Below are positions 24,241 through 38,039 of a DNA stretch of 64,000 nt, in pieces. The notes under the pieces were generated by a model. That model was not told the origin of the DNA, made no database searches, and saw only the letters and a list, made by a program, of their open reading frames with translations. The position numbers were made by a program, and so were the translations under genes. Positions within the stretch are counted from its first letter, which is position 1. Every line of letters begins with the position of its first letter. Source of the DNA: Camelus ferus (taxonomy: Eukaryota); assembly GCF_009834535.1 (NCBI RefSeq), contig NC_045697.1:70806001-70870000 (forward strand). The letters are read 5' to 3'.

Positions 24241-25299
24241 TAAAAATATTTTTATAGATAAACTAGATATGTATGTATTTTGTTAACTACCAAGAGTGAT
24301 TTTTTTTCAGTTGTATCAATTATTGTAATTTCTTTAATGCTCCTCATCTGGTTAGTGTTTAAATTTTATTACTGTGATAGCTACTAAGATCAACGATGAT
24401 AATAGTTTTTATCAAAGTCAAATATTTTAATGTCAGGATTGCATCTGTGATTTTGATTAATGTTGAAATTAAAATCTGTGATTCAAGTCATCATTCCAGT
24501 TATGGATCTTAAAGAGATATATTTCAAAATTGTCTTTAATTTATAATTAATTCTTCTCTTTGGTTCTCTCAGCATTAAATGGTTGTGCTATTTGTTTCAT
24601 CTTTTAAGGAAAGTCAGCTAATAAAAGCCTCATTTTTTGTGATATATAGATTTCAAACTATAAACTTGGACATGGGGTATTCCTTCTCAAAATATGTACC
24701 ATCCACTCTAAGAGAAATGTTATATAAACCGGAAGACTACATTACAAATTTTATGATGACATTTGAATTCAGCATCATCTAATATCATTTTTCTTTGCTC
24801 TTCTCTCTACTTCCATAAACACCAGTCTCCTCTTCTGACCTCATTCTTCCCAGTCATTATGCTCATCATGCTCATCCTAAACTGCCCACAATATCCCACC
24901 ATCATGATCTATTTGACTTTTTATTAAAATTTACCACTCCACTATTCCAGTGCTGGCTCTCCTGTTGAGGTAAAACCGAGTATTTGGATATCAACACGTT
25001 ACTTCTAGCAAATAATTCACTTGCTTTTATAAACAGGATTTGTATGATTGAATTAACCAAAAGAACTCAATTCCTTGGATTTTTTATTCTGGTGATGATT
25101 AGCTTTTTAATGCAATGCATGCATCTGTAAAACATTCAGAAAGTATTGAACACTACAGAAGAAAAGCAAAAAAAAAAGACGACAGAAATTTCAGGCAGGC
25201 ACATTGGGAGAGATGTAGAAATAAACAGGATTTTTGGCATCCCTGAAGTCACATATATTATTCCAGTCAAATGGATTCTAGATTAAATTGAAACTATCA

Positions 25300-25750
25300 A
25301 TATATTGATTCATCCATTCATCCAGAACTATTTACTGAAGCCCCACTTAATATCATACAATACATGACATCAAGTGGGGTGTAAATATAGACAATATAAT
25401 GGTGTACGGCACAATTCCTGTCCAGCGCAGCATACAGCAGATGCTTATCACACAGGTTGGTAAGTTTTAAGAGGGAAAGGGGACAGAGCATTATTGTAAA
25501 GCTGCATGGTGGGGGCCCTGCAGTCAGGAAACAGCAATTGCAAAGCTTCAGAAATGCGAAGTGTGTGCATAATGAACACATAGCCATAGTATGGAATGGA
25601 AATGGAAATTTTAAGAGAGCTGAGGTTGGAAAAGTGAAAGAAGGTACAACTTGTATGTCCTGCCAAGGAATTTGATTTGCATCCATAAGAAAATGAAGAG
25701 CTATTGATGGATTATAAGCAGGTCAGTGACATGCTTTCCTACAAAGACAG
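25300..25750 (-). mobile_element. L2 fragment
   Basis: cattcatccagaactatttactgaag...gagctattgatggattataagcaggtcagtgacatg. Confidence 0.55.
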
Positions 25751-26073
25751 CAAAGCAAGGAAAAAGAATTGAGGGTTGACATTTAACTACCTTATTCTAC
25801 TTCAAGATTGTTATTACACAATCTTCAAGATCCATTTTTACTTAAAAATGGTTATCTCTTAATGGTTAGTTCAAGAGGTAATAGCATTTTCAGAACATGA
25901 AATTTTCACAAGCGACCCTTTAACCTTGTCCTTAACAGAAGGTAATATCACTTCGGCCCAGATACTTTCCTTATCAGACACCTTTTACTCTAACTCTGTT
26001 TTTTTCACCTCCTCTTTTCCAAACCATTTTTATTATCTTAAAGTGTAGCTTCTTACATAAGCATTTCTGTTAC

Positions 26074-26199
26074 CTTTGCAATGATTGTCTTTCATTTGCT
26101 ATCTACTGGCACCTTGAGTATCTGTAGTTCGTAAGAGTTGCTGGCAACTACCCAGTCCTTTATGTCAGGTTTACTTGTGATCCTCCAAGCTTGGTTCCC
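26074..26199 (-). pseudogene. Possible exon remnant (NQAWRITSKPDIKDWVVASNSYELQILKVPVDSK*KTIIAK)
   Basis: Long T-rich tract upstream but no intact AG at its end; AAG|GTAACA donor; one stop. Confidence 0.3.
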
Positions 26200-26749
26200 A
26201 TGAATAGAAACAAAACAAAAACAAACAAAAATGGAAGTCGGTGGATCTAGCAATATTGTTCTCTTTCTAACACTTTTTAACACTTTCTAAGACTTTCTAA
26301 CATTTATCAAGTCCCTCAGCCATTCTCCATCTTAGTTCCCCCATATGCAAAGCAAGGGGGTTGGTCTAGGTCAGTTTCACCCTGTAGCTTGGAGCTGCAG
26401 ACTCCCAGGGATGTCTCCAGGGTCTCCTAAAAAGATGAAACCAGGAAAGCAGATTTCTCTTTTCACCTTTTACTTCAAACTGAGTACCTATTCTATTATC
26501 TGTCTTATTTATTAGGTTTTTGTACAGCACTGCTTTTGAAGAACAGATCAATCAACTAAAAATAATTTGAAAATGACTCATCTACATAACTCTTAAAGGT
26601 CCATTTCAGCTCTCACATTTTATCCTCTCCATTTCTTCTTGTTTTTTAATCTCTTTGACATACTTTACAGTTCCTATGTATTGGCAGTATGTATCAAAAC
26701 ATGTCAGAAATACAGCAAATGATTCAGTAAGTACCTCTTAAGAAAAGAA

Positions 26750-27680
26750 TGGACAAATGCATTAATTGGTTTGTTAACCTCATTACTAATATTTATAGAT
26801 AACCATTAAGTAGTACCAGCCACTCTTCAAAACACTGGAGACAGAATGTTGGAAACTCAGACAAATATTTGCCTTCCTGGAATGATCAGTCAGCTGCATC
26901 AATGCATTAAGCAACAATTGTTGGACACCTAATATACTGCAGGTGTTTTGTTAAACCTAGTTATGTCAAGAACTATAGAATCTTATTTTCTTCTCGAAGA
27001 TTTTAGTCTGCTAAAAGAAAAACATGTCAACAGATCACTGCAGTAACAATTAGGAAGGAGTCTTACAGTTATGATGAAAGTGCTATGGGCATTCAGAAAA
27101 AAGAGTTTCTGACTCTGGCTTAAGTAGTGGAAAAGATCTCATAGGGAAACCTATAAACTGAGTTCTGAAGAATGAAAGAGACTGTGCCACATGGAGCAAA
27201 TCTCTAAACATGACCGCCGTAGGAAAAGTACGTATGCAGAAGGCAGAGAGAAGAAACACTGAGGAGTGTAAGGTAACAGTGAGGTGCGTGGTGTGGCTGT
27301 ACCGCTCAGTACACTGGTGATTGGACATCGAGAGAAAGGCTGCAGAGTCATTTTTCTTCAGATTAAAAATGTTCTTTTATGCTACTGTAAAGCTTTATAG
27401 CTTCATAAATTAGGGAATGGAGACTCCACAGAGATTTTTAAGGGGCAATTTGGCAGGAAAGATTTGTCTCCTAAAAAAAAAGAAGATAATGTGGGTGTGG
27501 AATATGAAAGATGGGCTAGAGGAAGGAGAATGCAATGAAGAGAAAAGCAAGAAAGAGGCTCCTCTAATGGGTCCAAAGGAAGGGGAAGAGGGCCTGAGGG
27601 ATGAGGGAATGACCAGACTGGAGAGAATACCTCAGACTGAGTTAAAAGGATCTGGTGACTGGACATAATGTAGTACTCTA
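26750..27680 (-). mobile_element. L2 fragments
   Basis: Purine-rich decayed L2 motifs; explains several spurious ORFs here. Confidence 0.55.
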
Positions 27681-29184
27681 GCACAGGAGAACATGAGAGA
27701 TTATTCTCTGTTCTATGCCTTTAAAGATGGAAAAGCATTCTTTAAAAACTCTATTTCTCACAAAACACAACCAGCAACTATTATCTCTCTCAGGTAAATA
27801 CATAGCCAGTCCATATGTGGAGGCTAATGGATGACTTAATTAATGCCTGACAAGATTCTGTAGGATAACAGATAAAGGGCAATTCCCATTCAACAGCCCC
27901 CCTTAGATGGGATGACACAGGCATTATTAATAATTTCTCCAGGCACTTCTCATACTAATGAAGAATTAACACAGGAGTTCACCTTATCACTTGGAACATC
28001 TTGCCAGATAGTACAACCTGGAGTCTCTATTTTTGCTTAGTCAAAAAGCCTGACAGTTAGCCATGGCAGGTTATTAATCTTAGTGTTGACTTCAAGTACA
28101 ATATCAGAGTTGTAACTTTGCTAGGGGGTTGTCAGGATGGACTGTTTTCTGAGATAGCAGATGGTTTGGAAATCATCTGCCATGACAGATCAAACTGACT
28201 GGAATTTCAATTGTCTGTTCCTGGAGTGATGATGAGAAAGGCACATGCGAGAAATTAACTTTCCTGGTTTAAGTGAAAACGACGACACATTGCATGGTCA
28301 GAGCACAGACTGGTGACAAGAAGGAAGGATAAATGAGAGGCAAGTGGGAAGTTTCTAATTAACTCCAATCTCCCTCAAGTAAATTTCCTTAACTCAATGT
28401 TATTGCACAGATGAGGAAAGTCGATTTATGCATTTCAAGGCTTGATTTTATAATTTTGCTCTTGAAGAATGAGATAATCAAACAACAGAAGGAGTATATT
28501 AACTAGGGACCTGGATTACAGTGATTCAGAGCGAGGTATCAGGTAATTGAATCTAGTCAGTTTATTCAGAGCAGGACGCAAATAAGTAATTTGGATATCT
28601 TAAATGGGCTCTGCCAAGTTAAAAGCCTCATGAAAATTTTGTAAATACGCCATGCACTTTAATGCAATCTGAGAGAAGGTAGTTTACAATGATTTCAAAC
28701 TTCTATTTGGCCATTATTATTATTATAGCTTTTTAAATGTTTCCCCTGACATCCTTCCTGTGTAAATGAGTATGTCCCAGGGATACTCCAGTAAATGAGA
28801 TGAACTAATGTAGAATACTAAATAATTCATGTCCTTGGAAGCCACTGAGACTTTGCTCATGTTTTTATAGAAACCAAACCACATTGTGATGCAGATAAAA
28901 AAGCATCTGCATATGAAAATATCTCAAGTATTATTTTTTAAGTCCAAATGTGTGCTCAATCAAAAAAAAAAAAAAAGAAGAAAGGGAACATATTAAAAGA
29001 ATACAGCAAGAACCACTTTATAATAGTGAAGATAACTAATAAGATTTTGGTTTATTCTTACTTCTTTTGGAGCTCATTTCACTCCTTTGCCATCATCTTT
29101 ATGGTTCTGAATTAGACTGGAGTGAGAATAACAGATGAGGAAGTCAAATGAGATGTGGAGGGGAGACTGGAACAGAAGAGGCAG

Positions 29185-29730
29185 CACCACGGAGTAGAAG
29201 GCAGTATAAAATGATAAGGACCTGGGATATTTGTGTTCCAAGTCCTGCCTTGTCAAAGTCTGACTTAGGCTTGTTATATAAAACTCTCAAGGTCACTGTT
29301 TTCTTATCTGTAAAATGTAAATAATAAGGCTATCACAAAAAGTAAATAAGATAATATTTATAAACAGACTGAAGTGCCTGGTACAGAGAAGGCACACAAA
29401 ATTTAGAACCTACCTGACTATTCTGTTCCAAGAAAGGACCTCATACTGCTAGATTTCCCTAAAAGGGATTTCTAAATGTCCTCTCAATAATGATAGAGAG
29501 ACAGGAAACTAATGGGGTTGTGAGTTAATTTGGAAGACAAAGTTCTTGGTCTTAAATTCCAACTTTATCACTCACCAGTAGTGAGTTAACTAGTTATTTA
29601 AACTCAGTTTCCTCATGTATATAATGATAATGTTAGTATTTACCTTACTGGAGGTTTGCAAGGATTAAATAAAATAATCTGCATTAGGTGCCTAGTACAG
29701 GTTAAGCACATGGCTAAGACTCTTAAAATG
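29185..29730 (+). mobile_element. Two MIR copies
   Basis: ctgttttcttatctgtaaaatg; ctcagtttcctcatgtatataatg..aggattaaataaaataat. Confidence 0.7.
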
Positions 29731-30139
29731 TTACTTCTGAGTATCCGTTGATCAACTCCACGTAACTATAGCCATGAAAATTTTATCTGTGATAAGAGAC
29801 AAACATAGAGAATGATTTTCCTCTCTGGCATAGCACCATGCTATGAAAATGTAATAAAACTAGAATTTTCAACATAAATGTTGCTTAAACGTGGTTTGTT
29901 CCAAGGAACTCTTTCCTTTTAAGCAAATAATTCTGAGTCATTTCAATCACTGTTTCAGAGAAAAGACTTACAGATATTAGCAGTTCCACTTCCAATATTT
30001 AAAAGCACTGGAGATTAAAAGTAATCAAGAATTCAAGGGTAATCAACTCTGGAGATAAGAAAATGGTACTAAGTGAATCTGTATTTGTGCAGCTTTTCTC
30101 CTGTAGATACAACCCTGGTCCACACTCTGTGGGATGGCT

Positions 30140-33100
30140 GGAACTCAAAAAGAGATCATAGTCTTAGTGACTTGATGAGTCAGAGGATAGAATCTGGGAC
30201 TTCCAGAGTGGCTAGAAAGTAAGAGTAGAAATGAAGAAGGGCTCACAATGCTGTATAAATTCTGCCCTACGTCTGGGCTGAAACTGGAACTATAAATATA
30301 CAAGGGAGACATAAAGGAGCCGGGCTGAAGGCTGAGAGAAATGAACAAAGGTCTCAATCACTATATTACAGGAGGGGTTAAAAAATTTAGAGTTTGGTTG
30401 CTACCAAAGTTAAACGCTTGCTAAAATAAAAATCACCATTCTTCAGAGGAACAGACCAGAATAAAAAGTATCCATAATGCATTATATACAATATTCATCA
30501 TATAATTAAAAATCATTAGTTATCAAAAAAAAAAATGTGGCTCATAGTCATAAAAAAAAAAAAAATGTGGCTCATAATCATGAAAAAAAGTAGTCAGTGA
30601 AAACTGACCCTGATATGTTAGAATAAATGGATGAGGAGTTTTAAGTAGTTAATATAGATATGTTAGAAAACTGACTTAAAGGAAAAAATGGTCAAAATGA
30701 ATGAACAAGTGGAAATCACAGCAGATAAATAAAAACAATTTAAAATGAATAAATGGAAATTCTAGAACCGAAAAGTACAATACCTGAAATGGAAATGTCA
30801 GTGAATTTGAAGACAAATCAAAAGAATTAGCCAAACTGAATAACAAAGGTAAGAAATTAAGGAAAAAACCTCACTGTGAGACAAAACAAGCTGATAAAAA
30901 TCTGTAATTGAAGTTGTACAAGGAAGAGAATTAAAACGGCAGAAAAATACTTTAAAAAAAAAGATCAAAATTGTTCCTAATCTGAGGATAATAAAAACTT
31001 ACAGATCCAAAAATTTTAGTCAACCTCAAAAAAGTTAAAAATGAAATAGCAATTATCCATGTGATAATCAATTTTGTGTTAATTTGACTGCATCATAGGG
31101 TACCCAGATTAAACACCACTAGGTTTGTCTGTGAGAGTGTTTCTAAATAAGATTAGCATTTGAACTGGTGGACTGAAAAAGTGGATTGTCCTCCCAAAAA
31201 TGACTTGGCATCATCTAATCTGCAGAGGGCCTGAACAGAAGAAAAAGCAGAGGAAAGAGGAATTTACTTCTTTTTTTCATGACTGCCTGCTTGATCTGCT
31301 TGAGCTAAGGCGTCAGTTTTCTCCTAGTCCTCCTGGTCCAAGGACTAAGACTTACATCATCTACTCCCCTGATTCTCAGGCCTTCAGACTCAGACTAGAA
31401 TTACATCACTGGCTTTCCTGGGTCTTCAACTTGTACACAGCAGATAATGGGCCTTCTCAGCCTCCGTAATCACATGAACCAATTTGTTATAATCTCTCTC
31501 TCTCTCTTTCTCTCTCTCTCACTTTCTCTCTGTATACATGTAATATATTTAAATACATAGATTACATTGTATCTCCTATTGGTTCTGTTTCTCTGAAGAA
31601 CCCTGACTAATATAAGCCACATCACAAACTGCTAAAAAACCAATACAAAAAAATATTGAAAGCAGCTAGAAAAATGACTCATTGTATACAGAGTAAAAAT
31701 GATAAAAAATAATGTTTGCATTATCAGAGAGAATTACAGCCACAACACACTGGAAGAACATCTTTAAAGTACTGAAAGAGAAGGAAAAATAACTGCCAAT
31801 CCAGAATTCTACATTCAGCAAAATTATGTGTTGGAAATGATGCCAAAATAAAGATTTCCCAGATAGACAAATCCGAGAGAATTTATTGCTGTTAAATTAC
31901 TTGAGGACAAAGAGAAATGACACCGGATGGGAAGATGGATGTATAGGAGGTTAAGAAAAACAGATACAGTGGGATGTTTCATAATGATAAAAGAATCAAA
32001 AGGGAAGAAATGTGTGCAGCCTGAAAACAGAGCTTTAAAATTTGAGTAAGAAGCTGAAAACTCTAGAAGGAAAAGTAACCCAATCTTAATCATATTTGGA
32101 GATTTTAACACTCCTCTCTCAGTAACTGAGAGAACAGAAATGAGCTGATGTAATTTTTTTAAAAGCAGTTGATACAATAACTAGATGAAAAATCAGTTAC
32201 GTTATCTGAAGATCAGAACAGCACTACCAACCACTTTGAGCTAACTGGTATCTGTAAAACATTATCTACAACAAATATATAAAGCAGTTTTTTAAAAAAT
32301 ATGCAGGGCACATTTATGAACTATATGCTGCATCATAAACTAAGTCTTCATAGAGCTCAATAACTGAAATATTACAGAGTACGTACTTTAGTGAAAATAA
32401 ATTAGAAATCAGTTAACAGTAAGATATCTAGAAAAACCCCAACTATTTGGAAATAAAATAACACAGTTCTAAACAACTAGTGGGCCAAAGAAGAAATCAT
32501 GAAAGGCTTTAGAAATTTTTGAAATTCAGCATATTACAATACATGTTAGGCAGCTACAGCAGAGCTTAGAGACCAGTTCATAACTAGTTATATAATCAAT
32601 GTTATATTAAGAAGCTAAGAAATAAAGGAATAAAATCAAGCCCAAAATAAATAGAGGAAGGAACAAATAAAGATAGTATCAGAAATCAGTGAAAAAGAAG
32701 ACAAAAACTAGAACACTGGCAAAGCCAAAACTTTGTTCTTCAAAAAGATTAATAAAGTCAGTAAAGGCCAAATAATAATAATAATAAAGAGATAAAACAT
32801 AAATCATTAGCATCAGAAATAAACAAATATCTATTTTACTTTATAGATTTTAAAAGGAGGATGAAAGAATGTTATGAACAACTTTATCATTTAAATTAAA
32901 TAGACAATTTTCTTGAGGCACACAATTTATTAAGACTGACTCAAGATGAAATTTTTAAAAAGTGAATAGCCTATATTTATTAGAAAGGTCAACTTTGTTA
33001 TCAAATACTTTCTCACAAACTCCTATTCCAGATTGTTTCACTGTGGATTCTACAGTACATTTCAAGAACAATGCTAGTCTCAGTAGAATTCCTTCAAGAA

Positions 33101-34080
33101 ATAGAAAAGGAGGGAACACTTCCAACTTCTTTAAGTAGGCCAGTAAACCCTGACACAAAATTGACAAAGACATTACCACGACCTAAAATTGATGACCAAT
33201 ATATTTAATAAAATGCAAAAATTTTTAATAAAATATTAGCAGGTTTAATTCAGCAATATAAAAAAAGGTAAATATATCATGACAAAATGGTTTCCATATC
33301 AGGAAAGTAAAGATAGTTAAAACATTCAAATCAATCAATCAATGTATTAATTCTCTATATTAACTGAATAAAAATAGCAATGCAAATGGTTAACTCACAG
33401 AGATGTAGAAAGATACAAAAGAAGTATTTGGCAAAATTCAACACCCACCCATTCATCTCTCATCCATAGTTAAGAACTCTTATTAAACTATGAATAAGAG
33501 GCAACTTCTCTTACCTAGTAAAAGACATTTACAAAAACAAAACAAACAAAACAAAAATCCTATATGTCACATGGTCAAAGACAAAAATCTTCCCCTTTAA
33601 GATAAGGAAAAAGAAAAAAATCTGCTCTCACCACTTCAATTCAAAATTTTACTAGTAGATATAACTACAACAGCAAGACAAATAAAAGGCATGAAAACAG
33701 AAAAGGAAGTAAAATTTGTTTATTTGTAGATTATATAATAGTTTGCATTCAAAATCTTTAAGAATTCACAAAACAATGACTAGAATAAGTGAATTTAGCA
33801 AGGTCACAGAATACAAAATTGAGGCAAATTCAATTGTATTTCTATATTCTAATAGGAAACAATGTGAAAAGGAAAATTAAAAATATATATTGTTATAAAA
33901 AAATAAAACTGCCCACATTTCTTCAAAAAGTAAAATGAGAAAAGAACTTAATAAATTATTACAAGATCTCTACACTAAAAACTACAAAGTAATACCAGGA
34001 GAAATTAAAGACCTAAAAAAATAGACATATACCATGCTCTGAGAGTAGAAAACTCAATACTGTTGTCAGTTTTCCTAAAT
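30140..34080 (+). mobile_element. Long decayed L1M (ORF1 to ORF2), interrupted by an MLT2 LTR
   Basis: A-rich L1 ORF1/EN/RT motifs (ggagattttaacactcctctctcagtaactga; tgctctcaccacttcaattcaa). Confidence 0.8.
31060..31614 (+). mobile_element. MLT2 (ERVL) solo LTR
   Basis: tgtgataatcaattttgtgttaatttgactg...ctcctattggttctgtttctctgaagaaccctgactaatata, with an internal (TC)n. Confidence 0.85.
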
Positions 34081-34540
34081 AGCAGTTTTCAAAATTTTTT
34101 GTTTCAGAAGTCTAATACAGATTTAAAATTACTGAGGATCTCAAAGGACTTAATTTTTTTAATTTATATCCATTAATATAATTTATAAACTAAAACTGAG
34201 AAAATTTAAAATACTAAATCAATAATTTATTTTAACATAATCCATTATATCATATAAGCATGTTTATAAAAAAATAACTACATTCTCCAAAACAGAAAAA
34301 AAAATTAGAAGAGTGACACTGTTTTACATTTCTTGGAAATCTATCTGACTTAATAAAAGCAGTTTCTGGTATATCTAAAACAGCAGCTTTTACATTTAGG
34401 CCAGTGTGACATGTTATTTGCTTGAAGTATATGAAGAAATGCTAGCCTCACACAAATATAGTTAGATAAAAGAGGAGTATTTAATTATCCTTTTCAGACA
34501 ACCATGAATTTTCTTCTTTGGTACTATACCAAAACTTGCC
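34081..34540. mobile_element. hAT-Charlie-family DNA transposon fragment
   Basis: cagttttcaaaattttttgtttcag..aaaattactgaggatctcaaagga..tttggtactataccaaaacttg. Confidence 0.6.
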
Positions 34541-34559
34541 AAGGAAATTGAGGAGGCAA

Positions 34560-35200
34560 TTACATTCCAATAAAGGCAATGGTAAGGGAAATGCACGGTC
34601 CTACAAAAGCTCATAGAGAGAGCCACTAATTAGGACTTGGACATCAGAGAAGACTTTCTGCAAGAAATGATGGCTAAGCTCAGGGTAAAAGAAATGTGAG
34701 GTTAATGAGGATTAAAGAAAGTGTGTTCTGGGAAGGGTTAATAGTCAAGAAAGGATATGGTAAATTCACAGCATCAAAAAAGACTCAGTATGACCTCAGT
34801 TTAGTGATACACTGACTGTTGACAGGGGATAGAGGAATGTTAGAAAGAGGGCCAAAGATGAAAGTGAAGGGTAATCAAGATCTTGAATATGAAGGCTTTA
34901 GGTCAGGCTTTGGACTTTTCTATAGAGATAATGACAGTTTACTGAGGGATTTAAGCAAAAGAGTGACAGCTCATCAAAGCCAAAAGTTTAATGAGAAATT
35001 GATCAGCTGCATAAGATACAGTAGAGCGGTCTAATGAGAACAAGTCTTGAATGCATACTTGATTTTGGCCATAATAATACTGTGACTTAACTGAGAAAAA
35101 AAAAATGGAATATGAGGCTACATTGCAGGGAGCTAAAGAATGAACAGGAAGTGAAGATGGTGAGAGTAGGCTCAGCTTTCAATAAGCTTATCTGGGATTG
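34560..35200 (-). mobile_element. L2 fragments
   Basis: catcagagaagactttctgcaagaaatgatggctaagct; ggactttt..actgagggatttaagcaa. Confidence 0.5.
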
Positions 35201-35796
35201 AGAAGGTCAGTAATGAGTCACCAAAAGAAGCAGAGACTGAAGATAAGAAGCCAGAATACTGAGAAACATCAAGGCCATAGATCTGGAAAAGAACACAAGA
35301 TGTGCCTTGCTAGTAGAGGTATGTCAGACCTGCTCTGATAAAGGTAAAGTTTGATTGCAGTTTATGCATTATTTCTGAAATCATTTTCCTTACTATTTTT
35401 TAAGCTGCTCTGAAATAGGTTGTCATAACTTCCTCATTTTGTTTAGTCAACTTTTACCTCCCAGAACATGAAAAAATAGATCATGGTTCAAATACTACAG
35501 AAATCATTTTAAAAGTCCAAATCAATGGTGTCTGAATTAATGAGCTTATATTTTATGCCAAAATTGGGGAGCACTACTTGACTATCAATTTATTTGAAGA
35601 ATGAAGTCTAACCCTCATGCATGACATATTTTACTTCTGCTAAGGAATCTTGGGCTTCTTGTACCAGTGGATTTGTAACATATAAACTCAGTTGGTTACA
35701 AGCTCCAGAGCGGTGTTTTTTAGTATAGTTTAAATGGATAAAAACACTTGGAACCAGTTTATTAAATAGAATCAAGAGATCTTTAATACCATTAAC

Positions 35797-36075
35797 CTGC
35801 CTCAAACTGATGTGAAATTTGCTCCATGATCTGTTTCACAATTTGGGGCTGCTATAAAGATTTTTGTCATTGGTAAATCTTCCTGCTTGAACTTAGATGA
35901 GGAATACAAGCTTACTGGCTGAACGGTCTTTGACAACCAAATACAGTTGATGAAATCCACTTAGGTTTATCTGTTGGTAACTCAGGGGCATGAGGATGAC
36001 TAGACTTTATAACAGTGATTTCTCTTCTGCACTTCTCAGGTGTGAACAGATAGATTTATGTCAGAAAACCTGATG
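35797..36075 (-). pseudogene. Exon remnant, 279 nt (SGFLT*IYLFTPEKCRREITVIKSSHPHAPELPTDKPKWISSTVFGCQRPFSQ*...QPQIVKQIMEQISHQFEA)
   Basis: tttcttcagtttttatag acceptor, CAG|GTTAAT donor; length is a multiple of 3, phase 1-1; four stops. Confidence 0.5.
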
Positions 36076-36802
36076 CTATAAAAACTGAAGAAATTGCCAT
36101 GGAAACAAGGTAGGACTATCAGTAAATCAGGGATGAAAAGAAGATTTTCGAAATGTATAAGTACTGGTGAAAATTGCCAAAGCTCATAAAAATTCTGTAC
36201 GTTTTGATCCAGGTGTATGTGTTAGCCTATGATGAGATATTTTAAATGGAAAACAATTGAATTACATTCTAGTGTTGGAAAATAGAGCATACGTTTGATG
36301 TGTGTATGATTTTCTTTGCAAATGTGAACGGTAACATAAGCACAATGTCAATCTAGAGTAAACCAAAGTAGTGATGGCTTACACGTATAATAGATTCTGC
36401 ATTGGTGTCATTTGTTCTCAGCAACAAGTGACTGTATGAGCTGATACTGAATGAACCTCAAAAAGTGATTACCAGCACATTAAAAAAAAACAAGCAGAAA
36501 CCATGTGAGTTTTCAAGATTTGATGACAGGGATTATAGTACACATGGGTAAATGGTAACACATTGTATTTGGTAGGTATTTAATCTGGGCTCCATTTACA
36601 TCTATAATTATATATTTCAAACTATTTGTTTTTAAAAGTTTGATTTTCTGATGAACTCATCACTCCAGCGGCCATGAGATGGTTCCCCACTTACCCACGA
36701 CAAGGAAGGGGAGAAAAGATACCATGCACTTACTGCAATAACTATAAAATTCTAAATATTAGCTCTGTATTTAAAATGCTCAAATAACAATGATGGAAAT
36801 AC

Positions 36803-36983
36803 CTGTCTTGTACAAGTAACCATGAAAATATTTACTTCCCAAGCTTCCACATTCTAGGAGATAACTGCTACATTTTAATATCTGTTTCTTTCGTGTAATA
36901 TAATGCTTGCATTGAATAGGGCAAAGGATCTTAAGCCTTTTCCGTAGATGTATGTTTTCTTGGGTCAAGCACTCACCCGGACT
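36803..36983 (-). pseudogene. Open exon, 181 nt (SPGECLTQENIHLRKRLKILCPIQCKHYITRKKQILKCSSYLLECGSLGSKYFHGYLYKT)
   Basis: gtttctag acceptor, CAG|GTATTT donor; 60 open codons, phase 0-1 matching the next exon. An alternative parse exists: a 57-nt exon 37033-36977 ending CGG|GTGAGT. Confidence 0.45.
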
Positions 36984-37403
36984 CTAGAAACTTCAATTTA
37001 GTAGAAAATCTATGCCTCCCCACTTGCAAGCAGCCTGTTTCCAAGAAAACAGTGAGAAGATTTTAATAATAACTATCAGGCAACATCATCACCTAGATAT
37101 GACCAGATCCAAATGCACAACTTCACAGCAACTTTGGAGCATAACTCAGTATTTCTGTTCATTTTTCAAAAGGAAACATTTTCCACAATGTATTAGTAAG
37201 AATTAGAAATTTTACTTTCTGTGAAAAGATTGTTAGAGGGAAATGTTACATCACGTATTAGATAAAAACATCCAATAAAAACCTACCTAAACATCTTTAC
37301 TTCTCTTTTATTCCATTGTGCATGCACATTGTGTCTTCTCTTTTTTCCTTCCTTGATCCTCTCCTTCTCCTGGCTTCTACCTCCCCCTTCCCCTCATCTA
37401 AAA

Positions 37404-37600
37404 CTGCACTGATGTGTAGGATAACCACTAACCATACATGGCCATTTAAATTTGTTAAATTAAATTAAAAATTCAGTTTCTTGAGTACACTAGCCATATT
37501 TTAAGTGTTCAATAGCCTTGTGTGGCCAGTGGCTACCATATTGGGCAGCACAGATAAAACATCCCCTTTATGGCAGAAATTTTTATTGGCTGGTGCTGAT
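37404..37600. mobile_element. MER3 (hAT-Charlie)
   Basis: aaaattcagtttcttgagtacactagccatattttaagtgttcaatagcc..gtggctaccatattgggcagcac. Confidence 0.8.
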
Positions 37601-37709
37601 CTAAAGCAATTAAACTCAGATCCAAGCTTAAAACCTCACTTTTAAAAAAGAAAAAAAAAATTAGAAGAAGGAGGTGGAGAAAGAGGAGGAGGGTGAGGAA
37701 GGTACGCAG

Positions 37710-38002
37710 TATGACTAGTGTCCTTATAAGAATAGAAGAGACACAGAGACATAAGAGGAGAATGCCCTGTGATAACAGAAGCATAGATTTAAGTGCTGGA
37801 GCTGCAAGTCAAGGGATGTTAAAGGTTGCTGACAAACCATGAAAAGGTGAGGATTCTCGCCTACAGTTTTCAGAGGGTGCATGTCCAATCTGACATTTTG
37901 ATTTTGGACTTCTAGTCTCCAGAACTATGAGGCAATACACTTGTTGTTTTAAGCCATCCAACTTGTGGTACATTTTTATGGCAGCCCTAGGAAACTAATA
38001 CA
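37710..38002 (+). mobile_element. MLT1 (MaLR) LTR, 3' portion
   Basis: gactagtgtccttataagaa...ttggacttctagtctccagaactatgag...ggcagccctaggaaactaataca. Confidence 0.85.
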
Positions 38003-38039
38003 AGCTTTTCAAAGATACTATAAAAACAGAGAATGCTTT

